From: Candidatus Latescibacterota bacterium
GTDB lineage: Bacteria; Latescibacterota; UBA2968; UBA8231
Reading direction: 5' to 3'
DNA: 64,000 nt
Assembly: GCA_965197905.1 (NCBI GenBank)
Contig: CBDAOB010000005.1
Location: 928,001-992,000, forward strand
Shown: in pieces, positions 10,682-19,987 of the stretch
Layout: each line of letters begins with the position of its first letter
Numbering within the stretch: position 1 is the stretch's first letter
Notes under the pieces: generated by a model
What the model was told of the DNA's origin: nothing
The model's database searches: none
Seen by the model: the letters and a program-made list of their open reading frames with translations, nothing else
Translations under genes and position numbers: made by a program

Positions 10682-11584
10682 ATGAGCACCACGATCATGA
10701 GCAACATCTCGGATTACATCGATTGCACCGATCTGCTGGGCCGACCGGAAGTGCTGCGCGAGGCTGCCGGGGAGCGCGGGTACCTCTGCTTTCGGGCGCT
10801 GCTTCCCGCCGAGGACATTCAGCTGGTGCGCCGGGAGGTATTGCAGGTGGCCGAGCGTCACGAGTTCCTGGCACCGGGAACGAAGGCGGAGGAGGGGGTC
10901 GCTCGCCCGGGAGTTTTCATGTCCGAAAACGACCCGAGTCCGGAATTCAGGCTATTCTACAACGACGTGCAGAAACTCAGAAGCTTTCACGAATTCGGGC
11001 AGCACCCGATCATCCTGCAAGTCCTGGATCAACTCTTCGGTGAGACGATTCTGGTTCACCCACGACATATCTGCCACACCGTTTTTCCCGGTGATCGCAA
11101 GCTCACGACACCCCCGCACCAGGATTTCTTTCCGGTCCGCGGCAGCGAGAATACGTGGACGGTGTGGACCCCCATCGGGGACTGCGGTGCAGAGCTTGGG
11201 GGCGGATTGGGATTTGTCGTGGGCTCCAACCGGGCCGAGTTACTGGACCACGAGATGACGATGATGACGTGCGAGGTCGATGAGAAAGCCGAATGGGCCT
11301 GGAGCCCGATGGAATGCGGTGACGTCATCATGTTCAACAGCCTCACGATCCACCAGGCGCGCGACAACGAAACCGATGATCGCATCCGCGTCGCCACCAG
11401 CTTCCGCAATCAAGCGGCCAGTCAACCGGTGGATGAACACACCTTCATACCCCACATGCGCTGGATCGATTGGGAGGAGGTCTACGCTGATTGGCCCGCG
11501 GACGACCCGCTCAGATATTACTGGAAGAAACTGGATCTGGACATTCGTCCGCATTGGCGCGGCCAGGAAGCCGCAAAACCGTAG
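10682..11584 (+). CDS. Phytanoyl-CoA dioxygenase (PhyH) family Fe(II)/2OG oxygenase
   Basis: TPPHQD, TVWTPIGD, GDVIMFNSLTIH and the RVA Arg. Confidence 0.85.
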   Translation: MSTTIMSNISDYIDCTDLLGRPEVLREAAGERGYLCFRALLPAEDIQLVRREVLQVAERHEFLAPGTKAEEGVARPGVFMSENDPSPEFRLFYNDVQKLRSFHEFGQHPIILQVLDQLFGETILVHPRHICHTVFPGDRKLTTPPHQDFFPVRGSENTWTVWTPIGDCGAELGGGLGFVVGSNRAELLDHEMTMMTCEVDEKAEWAWSPMECGDVIMFNSLTIHQARDNETDDRIRVATSFRNQAASQPVDEHTFIPHMRWIDWEEVYADWPADDPLRYYWKKLDLDIRPHWRGQEAAKP

Positions 11585-11586
11585 TC

Positions 11587-12594
11587 CTATTCAGGCCACA
11601 CCTTCTCAAAGAGCCGCAACCAATTTCCACCCAACAGCTTCTTGGTATCTTCCGCAGAATAACCCCTTTTCAGGAGGGCAGCAGTGAGGTTCGGCCACTC
11701 GGCCGGTGTCTCCATCCCTTTGGGCTGAAAGGATTCCTCGGTGTAGCGCATGGACGGGTCGGAGAAGGTGGAGGGAAATTTCGTTCCCTGCTGGCCAGCA
11801 ATGAAGTGCCAGAAAGGGAGCTCCTGGTCCTGAGTCGCATCCGTGCCGACGCCCACCTGATCGATCCCCATTCGCTGCACGAGGTCGTCGATGGAGTCGA
11901 CAAAATCGTCCACCGTGGACGCCGATTTCCGCGGTAGGAACGAAGTGAATGCGCAGGCGCCGATAACTCCGTCGCGCTCGGCCAGCAGCTTCAGCGCGTC
12001 ATCTGTCTTGTTTCGCGGGTGATCGCAGAAGCTGCGAGCGTTTGCATGGGTGATCGCCACCGGCTTTTCCGAACGTTCGATCGTCTCCAGGGTCGTGCGG
12101 TCGCCACAGTGGGACAGATCGATCAGGATACCGAGCTGGTTCATCTCCCGCACCGCGTCTACCCCGAAGTTGCTCAACCCCTCATCCTGTCGTTCCATGC
12201 AGCCGTTGCCCAGCAGGTTGCGTTCGTGGTAGGTTACCTGAATCACGCCCACGCCGAGGGCGCGGAAGAGGCCGAGCCGATCCAGGTCGTTCTCGATGGG
12301 TGATGCGTTCTGAAAGCCGAGGATGATTCCGGTCCTGCCCAGTTCCTTGGCGCGGCGAATATCGCCTGCGTTGAGCACGCGATGGATATCGGAGCGTTCT
12401 CGAAAACGACGAATCCAGGCGGTGACGTCGGCCATGGTTTGATGAAAATTCTCCCAAGTGGCGAGGGTGGCGTTTATGGCCGAAATCCCGCCCGCCTGCA
12501 GGCATTGGAAAACGCGATCACTGTCCCAGTTGCTTACGTTCAGGGCGTCGATGACGATGGCCTCTTGGTGAACAGAGCGGCTGTCCGGGTTCAT
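11587..12594 (-). CDS. Membrane/renal dipeptidase family (M19) amidohydrolase
   Basis: IILGFQN, GLSNFG, MNQLGILIDLSH, ITHAN, HPRNKTD, GVGTD and KLLGGNWLR. The start at 12594 is inferred. Confidence 0.85.
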   Translation of the reverse strand: MNPDSRSVHQEAIVIDALNVSNWDSDRVFQCLQAGGISAINATLATWENFHQTMADVTAWIRRFRERSDIHRVLNAGDIRRAKELGRTGIILGFQNASPIENDLDRLGLFRALGVGVIQVTYHERNLLGNGCMERQDEGLSNFGVDAVREMNQLGILIDLSHCGDRTTLETIERSEKPVAITHANARSFCDHPRNKTDDALKLLAERDGVIGACAFTSFLPRKSASTVDDFVDSIDDLVQRMGIDQVGVGTDATQDQELPFWHFIAGQQGTKFPSTFSDPSMRYTEESFQPKGMETPAEWPNLTAALLKRGYSAEDTKKLLGGNWLRLFEKVWPE

Positions 12595-12746
12595 GGTCTT
12601 ATCCGTGTTGAGGTGATCTTGAATAGGCAGATGGGGATGGAGTACGGTGGCCTGGGCAGACGGACCCAATGTCCTCGGGGCGTATTACCAGCACTACAGC
12701 GATTTATTCAGAGAACGGAATCACACTGACTGTCTTCGGCCGGCGC

Positions 12747-13658
12747 TCAATCCTCGTAGTTGATCGGCGTCGTCCAGCGCTCTTCTTCGTGGGCGTCCCA
12801 GTAGCTCTGTCGCAACCTCAAGGTAAGCTCTCCTGGCTTACCCGTGCCGACCGGTTTGCCGTCCAGCTTGGTGACCGGCATCACGCCTCCGGCCGTGCTG
12901 GTGATGAATACCTCCTCGGCGTCTAAGAGCTGGTCCCGCTGGATGTCCGTCGTTGCCGTATCCAGGTCTTGTTCCGCGGCCAGCTCCAAGACGGTTCTCC
13001 GCGTAATTCCGTGAAGAACCCCGGATGCCGGTGTTCGGAGCTTACCCTGGTCCCAGACGAAGAGATTGAACCCTGGGCCCTCGGTCACGATTCCCTGCGG
13101 ATCGGTGAGCAGCACCGACTCGCCGCCCCGCTCGTACGCCTCGAACAGACCCCGAACCATATCCCCCCAGTGAAAGTTCTTGACCGTCGGGTCGACCGAA
13201 GACGGAGGAATGCGAAAGGACTCATTGGAGATCACCAGATGTATCCCGGTCGTCTCCTGCGCATCCGGCTTTACCAGCCATACATACGGCACGGCGTAAG
13301 CGTAATACCGATTCTCCATGAGACGGGGATCCCGCACTCCGGGAAGCGCGATCCCCCGGGTTAGAATCATAGCTACATAAGCGTCGCGAATGCCGGTGTT
13401 GCGCACGCACTGAAAGAGAATATCCTGCATCTCGTCAGGGGACATCTTGGGATTCATGTGCAGCGACTTCCAGCTCGCCTCGAAGCGGGCGAAATGGTCG
13501 TCCAGACGGAAGAATTTGCCTTTCCAGACGGCGACCACGTCGTAGGTGACGTCAGATCGGAGGAAACCCATGTCGATGATGGGCACCGTGGCTTCGGTAA
13601 ATGGCATGTAGCTGCCGTCCACCCATGCACATCCGTTTTCGAATCGTTCCTCTCTCAT
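12747..13658 (-). CDS. Class IV PLP aminotransferase, probable (R)-selective amine transaminase
   Basis: GFLRSDVTYDVVAVW, RDAYVAMILTRG, PYVW, DPTVKNFHWGD, TEGPGFN, LHGITR and STAGG. Confidence 0.85.
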   Translation of the reverse strand: MREERFENGCAWVDGSYMPFTEATVPIIDMGFLRSDVTYDVVAVWKGKFFRLDDHFARFEASWKSLHMNPKMSPDEMQDILFQCVRNTGIRDAYVAMILTRGIALPGVRDPRLMENRYYAYAVPYVWLVKPDAQETTGIHLVISNESFRIPPSSVDPTVKNFHWGDMVRGLFEAYERGGESVLLTDPQGIVTEGPGFNLFVWDQGKLRTPASGVLHGITRRTVLELAAEQDLDTATTDIQRDQLLDAEEVFITSTAGGVMPVTKLDGKPVGTGKPGELTLRLRQSYWDAHEEERWTTPINYED

Positions 13659-13919
13659 ACCTCAACTCTTAGCAGGATAGGCGTATGCGCCGTGGTTGAC
13701 TGGTTGCCCGATCTACATGTGATCGCACCAATCAAACAAATTGCCGCTGTTTCGTCGATGTCGGAGGAGGTCGGTAGACGGGTGGGAGTCAGATGTGTAG
13801 AATTGGGCACAAAAAACGCCGACACGCGAAGCGGGATATGATAGAGTGGTCTTCGGGTCGGCGTATTTTGCGACGTATGATCGTCTACTATTAGTTATCG
13901 GCCGATCCGCGAAATCCTT

Positions 13920-13935
13920 TGTGACCCCGATCACA
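13920..13935. promoter_or_regulatory. CRP-family binding box TGTGA-N6-TCACA
   Basis: TGTGA CCCCGA TCACA in the divergent intergenic region, about 92 nt upstream of ATG 14028. Confidence 0.6.
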
Positions 13936-14027
13936 CACGGAATCCAGTTTTGCTTCGCGCCGAAACGCCGGCGGTTTCTCAACAGGCATGGACCTCGCCG
14001 CGGCGATTCTTGGGGAATGGGGCACGT

Positions 14028-15386
14028 ATGAATCTCTACACCATGCTGGCCGCTCGAGCAGAAGAGGGCAACCCGGTTCGGGTCGGGCTCATTGGCGCCG
14101 GTAAATTTGGCACCATGTTTATCGCTCAGGCGCGCCTGATGACGGGGATACACTTGGTGGGGATCGCCGATCTCGATGTGGAACGAGCGAAAGCCAGCTG
14201 CCTGCGCACCGGTTGGTCGGAGGAGCAGATTAAACCCGCATCTATCACAGCGGCCGTCGATTCGGGCGGCACCTGCATTACCGACGATTCAGGCGCGCTT
14301 TTAGATGCGCCGGGTTTGGAGGTGGTGATCGAGGCGACCGGAAATCCAGCTGTCGGCATCGACCACTGCCTCGGTGCGATCGACGCCGGCTGTCACATCG
14401 TCATGGTGAACGTGGAAGCAGATGTGCTGGCCGGACCTGTACTGGCGGCAAGAGCGCAACAGGCAGGCCTCGTGTACAGCCTCGCCTGGGGAGATCAACC
14501 AGCGCTGATCTGCGAACATGTGGACTGGGCGCGCAGCTGTGGCTTTCAGGTTGTATGTGCCGGAAAAGGCACACGCTACCATCCCACCTTTCATCAGTCC
14601 ACCCCCGACACTGTGTGGGACAACTTCCACTTCGACCGCGCTACCGCCGAACGGGGCGGCATGAATCCGAAGATGTTCAACAGCTTTATCGACGGCAGCA
14701 AGTCGGCCATCGAGATGAGCGCGGTCTGCAACGCCACAGGGTTGACGCCACAGCCGGACGGACTGGCATTTCCGCCCTCATCCTGCACTGCCCTGGCGGA
14801 GGTCTGCAAACCCAGAGATGCTGGCGGTACTCTCACTCATTGCGGCACGACGGAAGTGGTATCGTCGTTGAACCGAGATATGACACCGGTGGAGAATGAC
14901 CTGATGATGGGCACCTACGTCGTGGTGGAGGCGGAGAACGAGTACGTGCGCAACTGTTTCGAGGAATACCGGATGTTCCCGGACAGCTCTCGACAATACG
15001 CGGCTCTATATCGCCCCACCCACATGATCGGTTTGGAGCTGGGAATATCGGTGGCGTCCGCGGCGTTGCGCGGCGAACCTACAGGTGCCCCGCGTGGATT
15101 CAAATCCGATATCGTGGCTACGGCCAAGCGCGATCTCCAATCGAGTGAGACGCTTGATGGAGAAGGGGGCTACTGCGTCTGGGGAAAACAGGTGCCAGCC
15201 GAGGTATCACTGAAGGAAGGGTGGTTGCCGCTCGGGCTTTCCCATGATGTCCGTTTGAGGCGGGATCTCGGCGCCGGCGAGCAGGTCGCCTGGAAGGATG
15301 TGGAAATCGACGCCTCAACCACGGCGGTGAAGCTGCGTCGGGAGATGGAGAGCAACTTTGGCACGAGCGCCTCGAAACCTCCTTGA
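14028..15386 (+). CDS. NAD(P)-dependent oxidoreductase, homoserine-dehydrogenase-like with C-terminal SAF domain
   Basis: VGLIGAGKFG, IEATG, MVNVEAD, GDQP, MFNSFIDGSK and AKRDL..LDGEGGY..LPLGL. Confidence 0.85.
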   Translation: MNLYTMLAARAEEGNPVRVGLIGAGKFGTMFIAQARLMTGIHLVGIADLDVERAKASCLRTGWSEEQIKPASITAAVDSGGTCITDDSGALLDAPGLEVVIEATGNPAVGIDHCLGAIDAGCHIVMVNVEADVLAGPVLAARAQQAGLVYSLAWGDQPALICEHVDWARSCGFQVVCAGKGTRYHPTFHQSTPDTVWDNFHFDRATAERGGMNPKMFNSFIDGSKSAIEMSAVCNATGLTPQPDGLAFPPSSCTALAEVCKPRDAGGTLTHCGTTEVVSSLNRDMTPVENDLMMGTYVVVEAENEYVRNCFEEYRMFPDSSRQYAALYRPTHMIGLELGISVASAALRGEPTGAPRGFKSDIVATAKRDLQSSETLDGEGGYCVWGKQVPAEVSLKEGWLPLGLSHDVRLRRDLGAGEQVAWKDVEIDASTTAVKLRREMESNFGTSASKPP

Positions 15387-15408
15387 TTACTCACTGAAGG
15401 AGTAGGCG

Positions 15409-16260
15409 ATGCGAATCCCGATCACCATGTGTCACGGCACACGAGAAGGAGGAAACTATCCGTTGTCGGCGGATTATCTGGATGGTTTGATGTCTATTGC
15501 GGCGGAGCTTGGCTTCGAGTCCATCAACTACGATCAGCTGGATCTCTGGCGCAGCGGAAAGGGCGAACTGCCACCGCGACCGTTCATGTTCGACGTGGAC
15601 CACCCGGAGAGATCGGTGTTTACAGATGTGCAGAAAGTGCTCGACCGCTATGGTTTCAAGGGCAATCTGTTTGTCAATACCGGTCCCATGGATGAGCTCT
15701 ACTCTCGTCCGATGCCCGCCGACGCAGAGCGCACCACCATGACGTGGGACGAAGTCCGAGCATTGATGGCCAACGGGTGGCATCTCGGAGCCCACACCGT
15801 CACCCATCCAAATCTATCGGAGCTCCATGTCGAGGATCCCACCGGCGAGAAGATCGCCGCCGAATTGGACCAGTGTAACGAGACGCTTCAACGGGAGTTG
15901 GGGAACCCTATGCGAGATTTCGCCTTTACCGGCACTTCTTGCAGTAGCTCGGCGGAGCGGGAGGTGATGAAGCGCTACCGGTTCGGCCGCCTCTGGGTTC
16001 GTCAGCTAGATACGCCAGAGCGCCAATCACCTAGCGACTATGAGGTCGACGGCCGGACGATTCGTTACGCCGAGTACGTCGGTTCCGATGAGCCGAACGA
16101 CGCGGATGGTGGACCGCCCATGTCGGTGCGCTACATCACGGAGGAGTCAAATCCGTACCGGTTGCCGGGGATGGAGCTTCAGAGCTCGCTGATGCACGAA
16201 CTCGAGAGTTTCCGCCGCTACTTCGAAGAAGCCCTAGATCCGACACCTCACAGGAGCTGA
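15409..16260 (+). CDS. Polysaccharide deacetylase (CE4/NodB-like) family protein
   Basis: MFDVDH (atypical version of TFDD), MTWDEVRAL and GAHTVTHPNL. Confidence 0.7.
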   Translation: MRIPITMCHGTREGGNYPLSADYLDGLMSIAAELGFESINYDQLDLWRSGKGELPPRPFMFDVDHPERSVFTDVQKVLDRYGFKGNLFVNTGPMDELYSRPMPADAERTTMTWDEVRALMANGWHLGAHTVTHPNLSELHVEDPTGEKIAAELDQCNETLQRELGNPMRDFAFTGTSCSSSAEREVMKRYRFGRLWVRQLDTPERQSPSDYEVDGRTIRYAEYVGSDEPNDADGGPPMSVRYITEESNPYRLPGMELQSSLMHELESFRRYFEEALDPTPHRS

Positions 16261-16262
16261 AA

Positions 16263-18377
16263 TTGAGTATCCAACGCAAGCTTACCGACCTCTCTCGCGG
16301 TGCAATTAGCACCATCGCCGGTGTCTCGATTCGCGATGGCATCCCGGCACGCGATGCCGATGCCGGTTGGCCCCTCGGCGTCGTGCGCCGACCTGACGGA
16401 GAGCTCATTGTCATTGACTACTACGCCCACAGTATCTGGCGCATCGATGCAGACGGCATCCTGCACCGCTTCGCCGGGGACGGGGTGCCTGGAAATTCCG
16501 GAGACGGCGGGCCGGCTCTGGAGGCCCGATTCTACCACCCCCACGATCTCAACCAGGATGCCAAGGGCAACCTGTATCTCTCCGATCTGGGCAACGACAC
16601 CATCCGCCGCATCGACGTGGAGACCGGCATTATCACCCGCGTCGCTGGCAGCGGCCGGCGGGGGCGCGGTGGCGATGGGGGACCGGCCGTGGAGGCGGAG
16701 CTGGACTGTACCTGCGGCGTAGCAATCGACAAGGCGGGGAACCTTTTCCTGTCCAGCGAGTGGATGAACAACATCCGCCGGGTGGACGCCAACACCGGCA
16801 TCATCGAGACCGTCTACGGACTGAGCGCCCGCCACTATCCTTCGGAGGAGGGGGAGAGCCGGCCTTTCTCCGGACCTGACCTGAGCCTAATGGGTTACCA
16901 TGGAGATGGAGGACCGGCGGCCGAAGCTGGCTTCCGTCATCCCGAACATCTGGCGTTCGACTCGAAGGGCGATCTCCATGTATGCGACAACTCCAACGAC
17001 CGCATCCGCAAGATCGAGGTAGAGACCGGGATGATGTCGACGGTGCTGGGAAATGGCCAGCGCGCCTCCAATGGCGACGGTGGCCCAGCGGTTGAAGCCA
17101 GCACGCTGATGCCGGATGCCCTTTGTTTCGATACCCACGACAATCTGTATGTGGGTGAGAAGTACGGATTCCGGGTGCGAAGGGTGGATGCCGCGTCCGG
17201 GATCGTGACCACTCTGGTGGGAACCGGTGTCCCCGGATTCGGTGAGGAAGGACTGCCCGGTTCGGAGACTCATTGCAACTCTTGCGAGGCCGGCATCTGG
17301 GCCGATCCCGATGGCACCGTGTTCTGGGGTGACTGCTCCGGCCGCCTGCGGCGCTGCGACGGCGAGACCGGCATCGTGACCACGGCCCTGGGGGGCACCG
17401 GCGTGCACGACGGCGAAACGGCCGACCACGCCTTTCTGTGCGGGCCAGGGGGGTTGAGCGTAGCGCCCGACGGCAAGATCTACATCGCCGACACCTGGAA
17501 CCAGCGGATACGCTGCATCGATCCGGAGACCGGGATCATCGAGACCGTGGCAGGCAACGGCGCTCGCGCGTACGGTGGGGACGGTGGTCCCGCCACCGAG
17601 GCTTACCTGGGCAATCCGTACGACGTATCGGTCGATTCACGTGGCCGGGTGGTCATCGCCGACACTCGCCACGGGCACGTGCGGCGCATCGAAGAGGACG
17701 GCACCATTCGCGGCATCGCCGGTGCCGTCTTCCTGTGGGACAAAGGGGACGGCGGTCCCGCCAACTGCGCCTGCCTCATGGCGGTGGAGTCTGTCGCCCA
17801 CGACGCCAACGACAACATCTATATAGGTGATGCGGGCGTCGGGCGCATTCGCCGGGTGGACCATGCCACCGGTCTGATCGAAACCGTCGCCGGCAATGGC
17901 ACGGTGGGCTACAGTGGCGACGGAGGGGACGCCCGAGCGGCGCGTATCGGCGGCCCGCAATCGATCTGCTTCGACGAAGCGGGCAGCATGTATTTCGCCG
18001 ACGCCAAATACCATGTAGTGCGCAAGGTGGATACCAACGGGATCATCAGTACGATGGCGGGTACCGGTGAATTGGGACACTCTGCTGACGGCACTGCTGC
18101 CACAGCGGCGCGTTTGGAGGTGCCGTACGGAGTGGCTGTATCGGCCGAAGGACAGGTCTACTTCTCCGATACGGGTAACAACTGCGTGCGGCGGATTCGC
18201 AGCGATGGAACTCTAGAGACCGTTGCGGGCGGCCGCGAAGGAGGCGACACCGGGGATGGCAATGCTCGCGCCTGCCGATTGAATGCGCCCCAGGGAATCT
18301 GCTTCTACGGTCCCGATATTCTGCTGATCAGCGATCGTTACAACAACAAGATCAAAGCGGTGAAGCTCGAGAAGTGA
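16263..18377 (+). CDS. NHL-repeat beta-propeller protein (GDGGPA-type repeats), no obvious signal peptide
   Basis: About 11-12 repeats of AGxG..GDGGPA..A....P..V..D..G..YIAD..N.RIR.ID..TG.I.TV. Confidence 0.9.
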   Translation: MSIQRKLTDLSRGAISTIAGVSIRDGIPARDADAGWPLGVVRRPDGELIVIDYYAHSIWRIDADGILHRFAGDGVPGNSGDGGPALEARFYHPHDLNQDAKGNLYLSDLGNDTIRRIDVETGIITRVAGSGRRGRGGDGGPAVEAELDCTCGVAIDKAGNLFLSSEWMNNIRRVDANTGIIETVYGLSARHYPSEEGESRPFSGPDLSLMGYHGDGGPAAEAGFRHPEHLAFDSKGDLHVCDNSNDRIRKIEVETGMMSTVLGNGQRASNGDGGPAVEASTLMPDALCFDTHDNLYVGEKYGFRVRRVDAASGIVTTLVGTGVPGFGEEGLPGSETHCNSCEAGIWADPDGTVFWGDCSGRLRRCDGETGIVTTALGGTGVHDGETADHAFLCGPGGLSVAPDGKIYIADTWNQRIRCIDPETGIIETVAGNGARAYGGDGGPATEAYLGNPYDVSVDSRGRVVIADTRHGHVRRIEEDGTIRGIAGAVFLWDKGDGGPANCACLMAVESVAHDANDNIYIGDAGVGRIRRVDHATGLIETVAGNGTVGYSGDGGDARAARIGGPQSICFDEAGSMYFADAKYHVVRKVDTNGIISTMAGTGELGHSADGTAATAARLEVPYGVAVSAEGQVYFSDTGNNCVRRIRSDGTLETVAGGREGGDTGDGNARACRLNAPQGICFYGPDILLISDRYNNKIKAVKLEK

Positions 18378-18442
18378 GCACGTTCCGCATGACCTGGCTG
18401 TACTAGTGCCGGTGTCGGTCAGCAATTAGAACGGAGCAAGAT

Positions 18443-19987
18443 TTGACAACATTCTCAGCCCCATATGGCCAGCGGCAGCTTTTTGTAGACGACGTCGGCA
18501 TCGCCCGGATAGAGAACCTCGAACGTTCGATGCACCGCCCGGTGAAGCGTGGCCCGGTGCTGACCGCCGACCGGCCCTGGGACGGTCAGGGCGTACACTC
18601 AGCCTCCGCGCCCATGTGGATCGATGCGGAGAATCAGTACAAGCTTCTCTACGAGATCCGCGACAAGAAAGTAAAACGATACGCTCTCGCTGTTTCCGGG
18701 GACGGCCTGGTTTGGGAGAAACCTGCTCTTGGACAGGTGGAGTTTGGTGGTTCGACCGACAACAATCTTTTCCCGACCCCGGACAACAAACGGATTTGGC
18801 ACGTCGTGTACGATCCGGACGACGCCGACGAGACCCGACGTTTCAAGGGATTCCTTACCGTGAAGAAAGGCCGGATCCCGGTGGTGAGCCCCGACTGCGC
18901 CCACTGGCGCAAGCTGGATGTGGATCCGCTGGCGTTGCGTTCGGGCGATGCCGGCACTCTTACCTACGATCGTTCCCGTCGCCGTTTTCTTGGGCTGCTC
19001 AAACGGCCACGTTCGATCCCCAATCAGACGGCTGTTGGCCGTGCCTACGATGTCACGATCAGCGAAGACTTCGAGCATTGGTCGGAGCCGGCTTTCATAT
19101 TCGGCATGGATACCGAGCGAGACCAGGAGATGGCCCTCGACGTGATTCGACGCCGGCTGGGCGATCAGGCGTTAGCCAAGCCGATGTATGTGGACCCTGA
19201 TCCGGCTATCGGGTGGACACCGCCGGAAGGCAAGAACCACATCGCCACGTGGCAGGCCGAGTGTTACAATTTCGGTGTGTTCCCGTACGAGGGGATCTAC
19301 ATCGGTTTGGCGACGGTGTTCTACCCCACCGGGCAGGGGCTGCCGGACCGGGTCAATACCGACGGTTTCAACACCATCCAGCTGGCGGCCAGTCGCGATT
19401 TAAGACATTGGGAAAGGCTGGGAGATCGGCAGCCGTTCCTGGAAACCTCGCGCCTCGACGCGGGAATGGTAGGGAATTACGACAGACTCCAGCTCGGGTT
19501 CTTTAATCAGGGGGTCGTGCACGGCGATGAGGTTCGGTTCTATTACAACGGCATGAAACGACGGGTGCCGTTTCACGACCGTTACAGCGACGGCACCCCA
19601 CGGGACCCATCAACCCTGTCCGCCGAGGAGCGCGCCGACTGGCTGGAGGATGGTGACTCCGCCATTATGCTGGCGGTGCTGCGCCGCGACGGGTTCGTTT
19701 CCCTCGATGCCGGCGAGAAGGAGGGGCTCGTTTGGACCAACCCGTTTGTTTTGCAGGGGGACAAGATCCTAGCGAACACCGAACTCAGTCCGGGGGGGGA
19801 GTTGCGCTGCGAGCTGCTAGACGCAACGGGCGATGTCCTGGCCGTATCGCTGCCCCAGCGGGGTGATCAGCTGCGCGCCGCGTTGGAGTGGGAAAGCGAT
19901 TGTTTGAACGAACATCGAGGGGAAGAGGTGACCCTTCGCTTCAACCTCTCAAACGGCTCTCTATATTCCTACTGGCTCGAAGATTGA
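18443..19987 (+). CDS. Hypothetical beta-propeller glycoside-hydrolase-like protein
   Basis: RQLFVDD, SGDGLVWEKPALG..GSTDNN, QLAASRDLRHW and LRRDGFVSLDA; resembles 30338-31855. Confidence 0.6.
   Translation: MTTFSAPYGQRQLFVDDVGIARIENLERSMHRPVKRGPVLTADRPWDGQGVHSASAPMWIDAENQYKLLYEIRDKKVKRYALAVSGDGLVWEKPALGQVEFGGSTDNNLFPTPDNKRIWHVVYDPDDADETRRFKGFLTVKKGRIPVVSPDCAHWRKLDVDPLALRSGDAGTLTYDRSRRRFLGLLKRPRSIPNQTAVGRAYDVTISEDFEHWSEPAFIFGMDTERDQEMALDVIRRRLGDQALAKPMYVDPDPAIGWTPPEGKNHIATWQAECYNFGVFPYEGIYIGLATVFYPTGQGLPDRVNTDGFNTIQLAASRDLRHWERLGDRQPFLETSRLDAGMVGNYDRLQLGFFNQGVVHGDEVRFYYNGMKRRVPFHDRYSDGTPRDPSTLSAEERADWLEDGDSAIMLAVLRRDGFVSLDAGEKEGLVWTNPFVLQGDKILANTELSPGGELRCELLDATGDVLAVSLPQRGDQLRAALEWESDCLNEHRGEEVTLRFNLSNGSLYSYWLED

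Noticed and set aside
16263..18377. Periodic DNA similarity as a CRISPR-like array
   Set aside because: Explained by degenerate protein-coding NHL repeats; no constant repeat with unique spacers was seen anywhere in the window.
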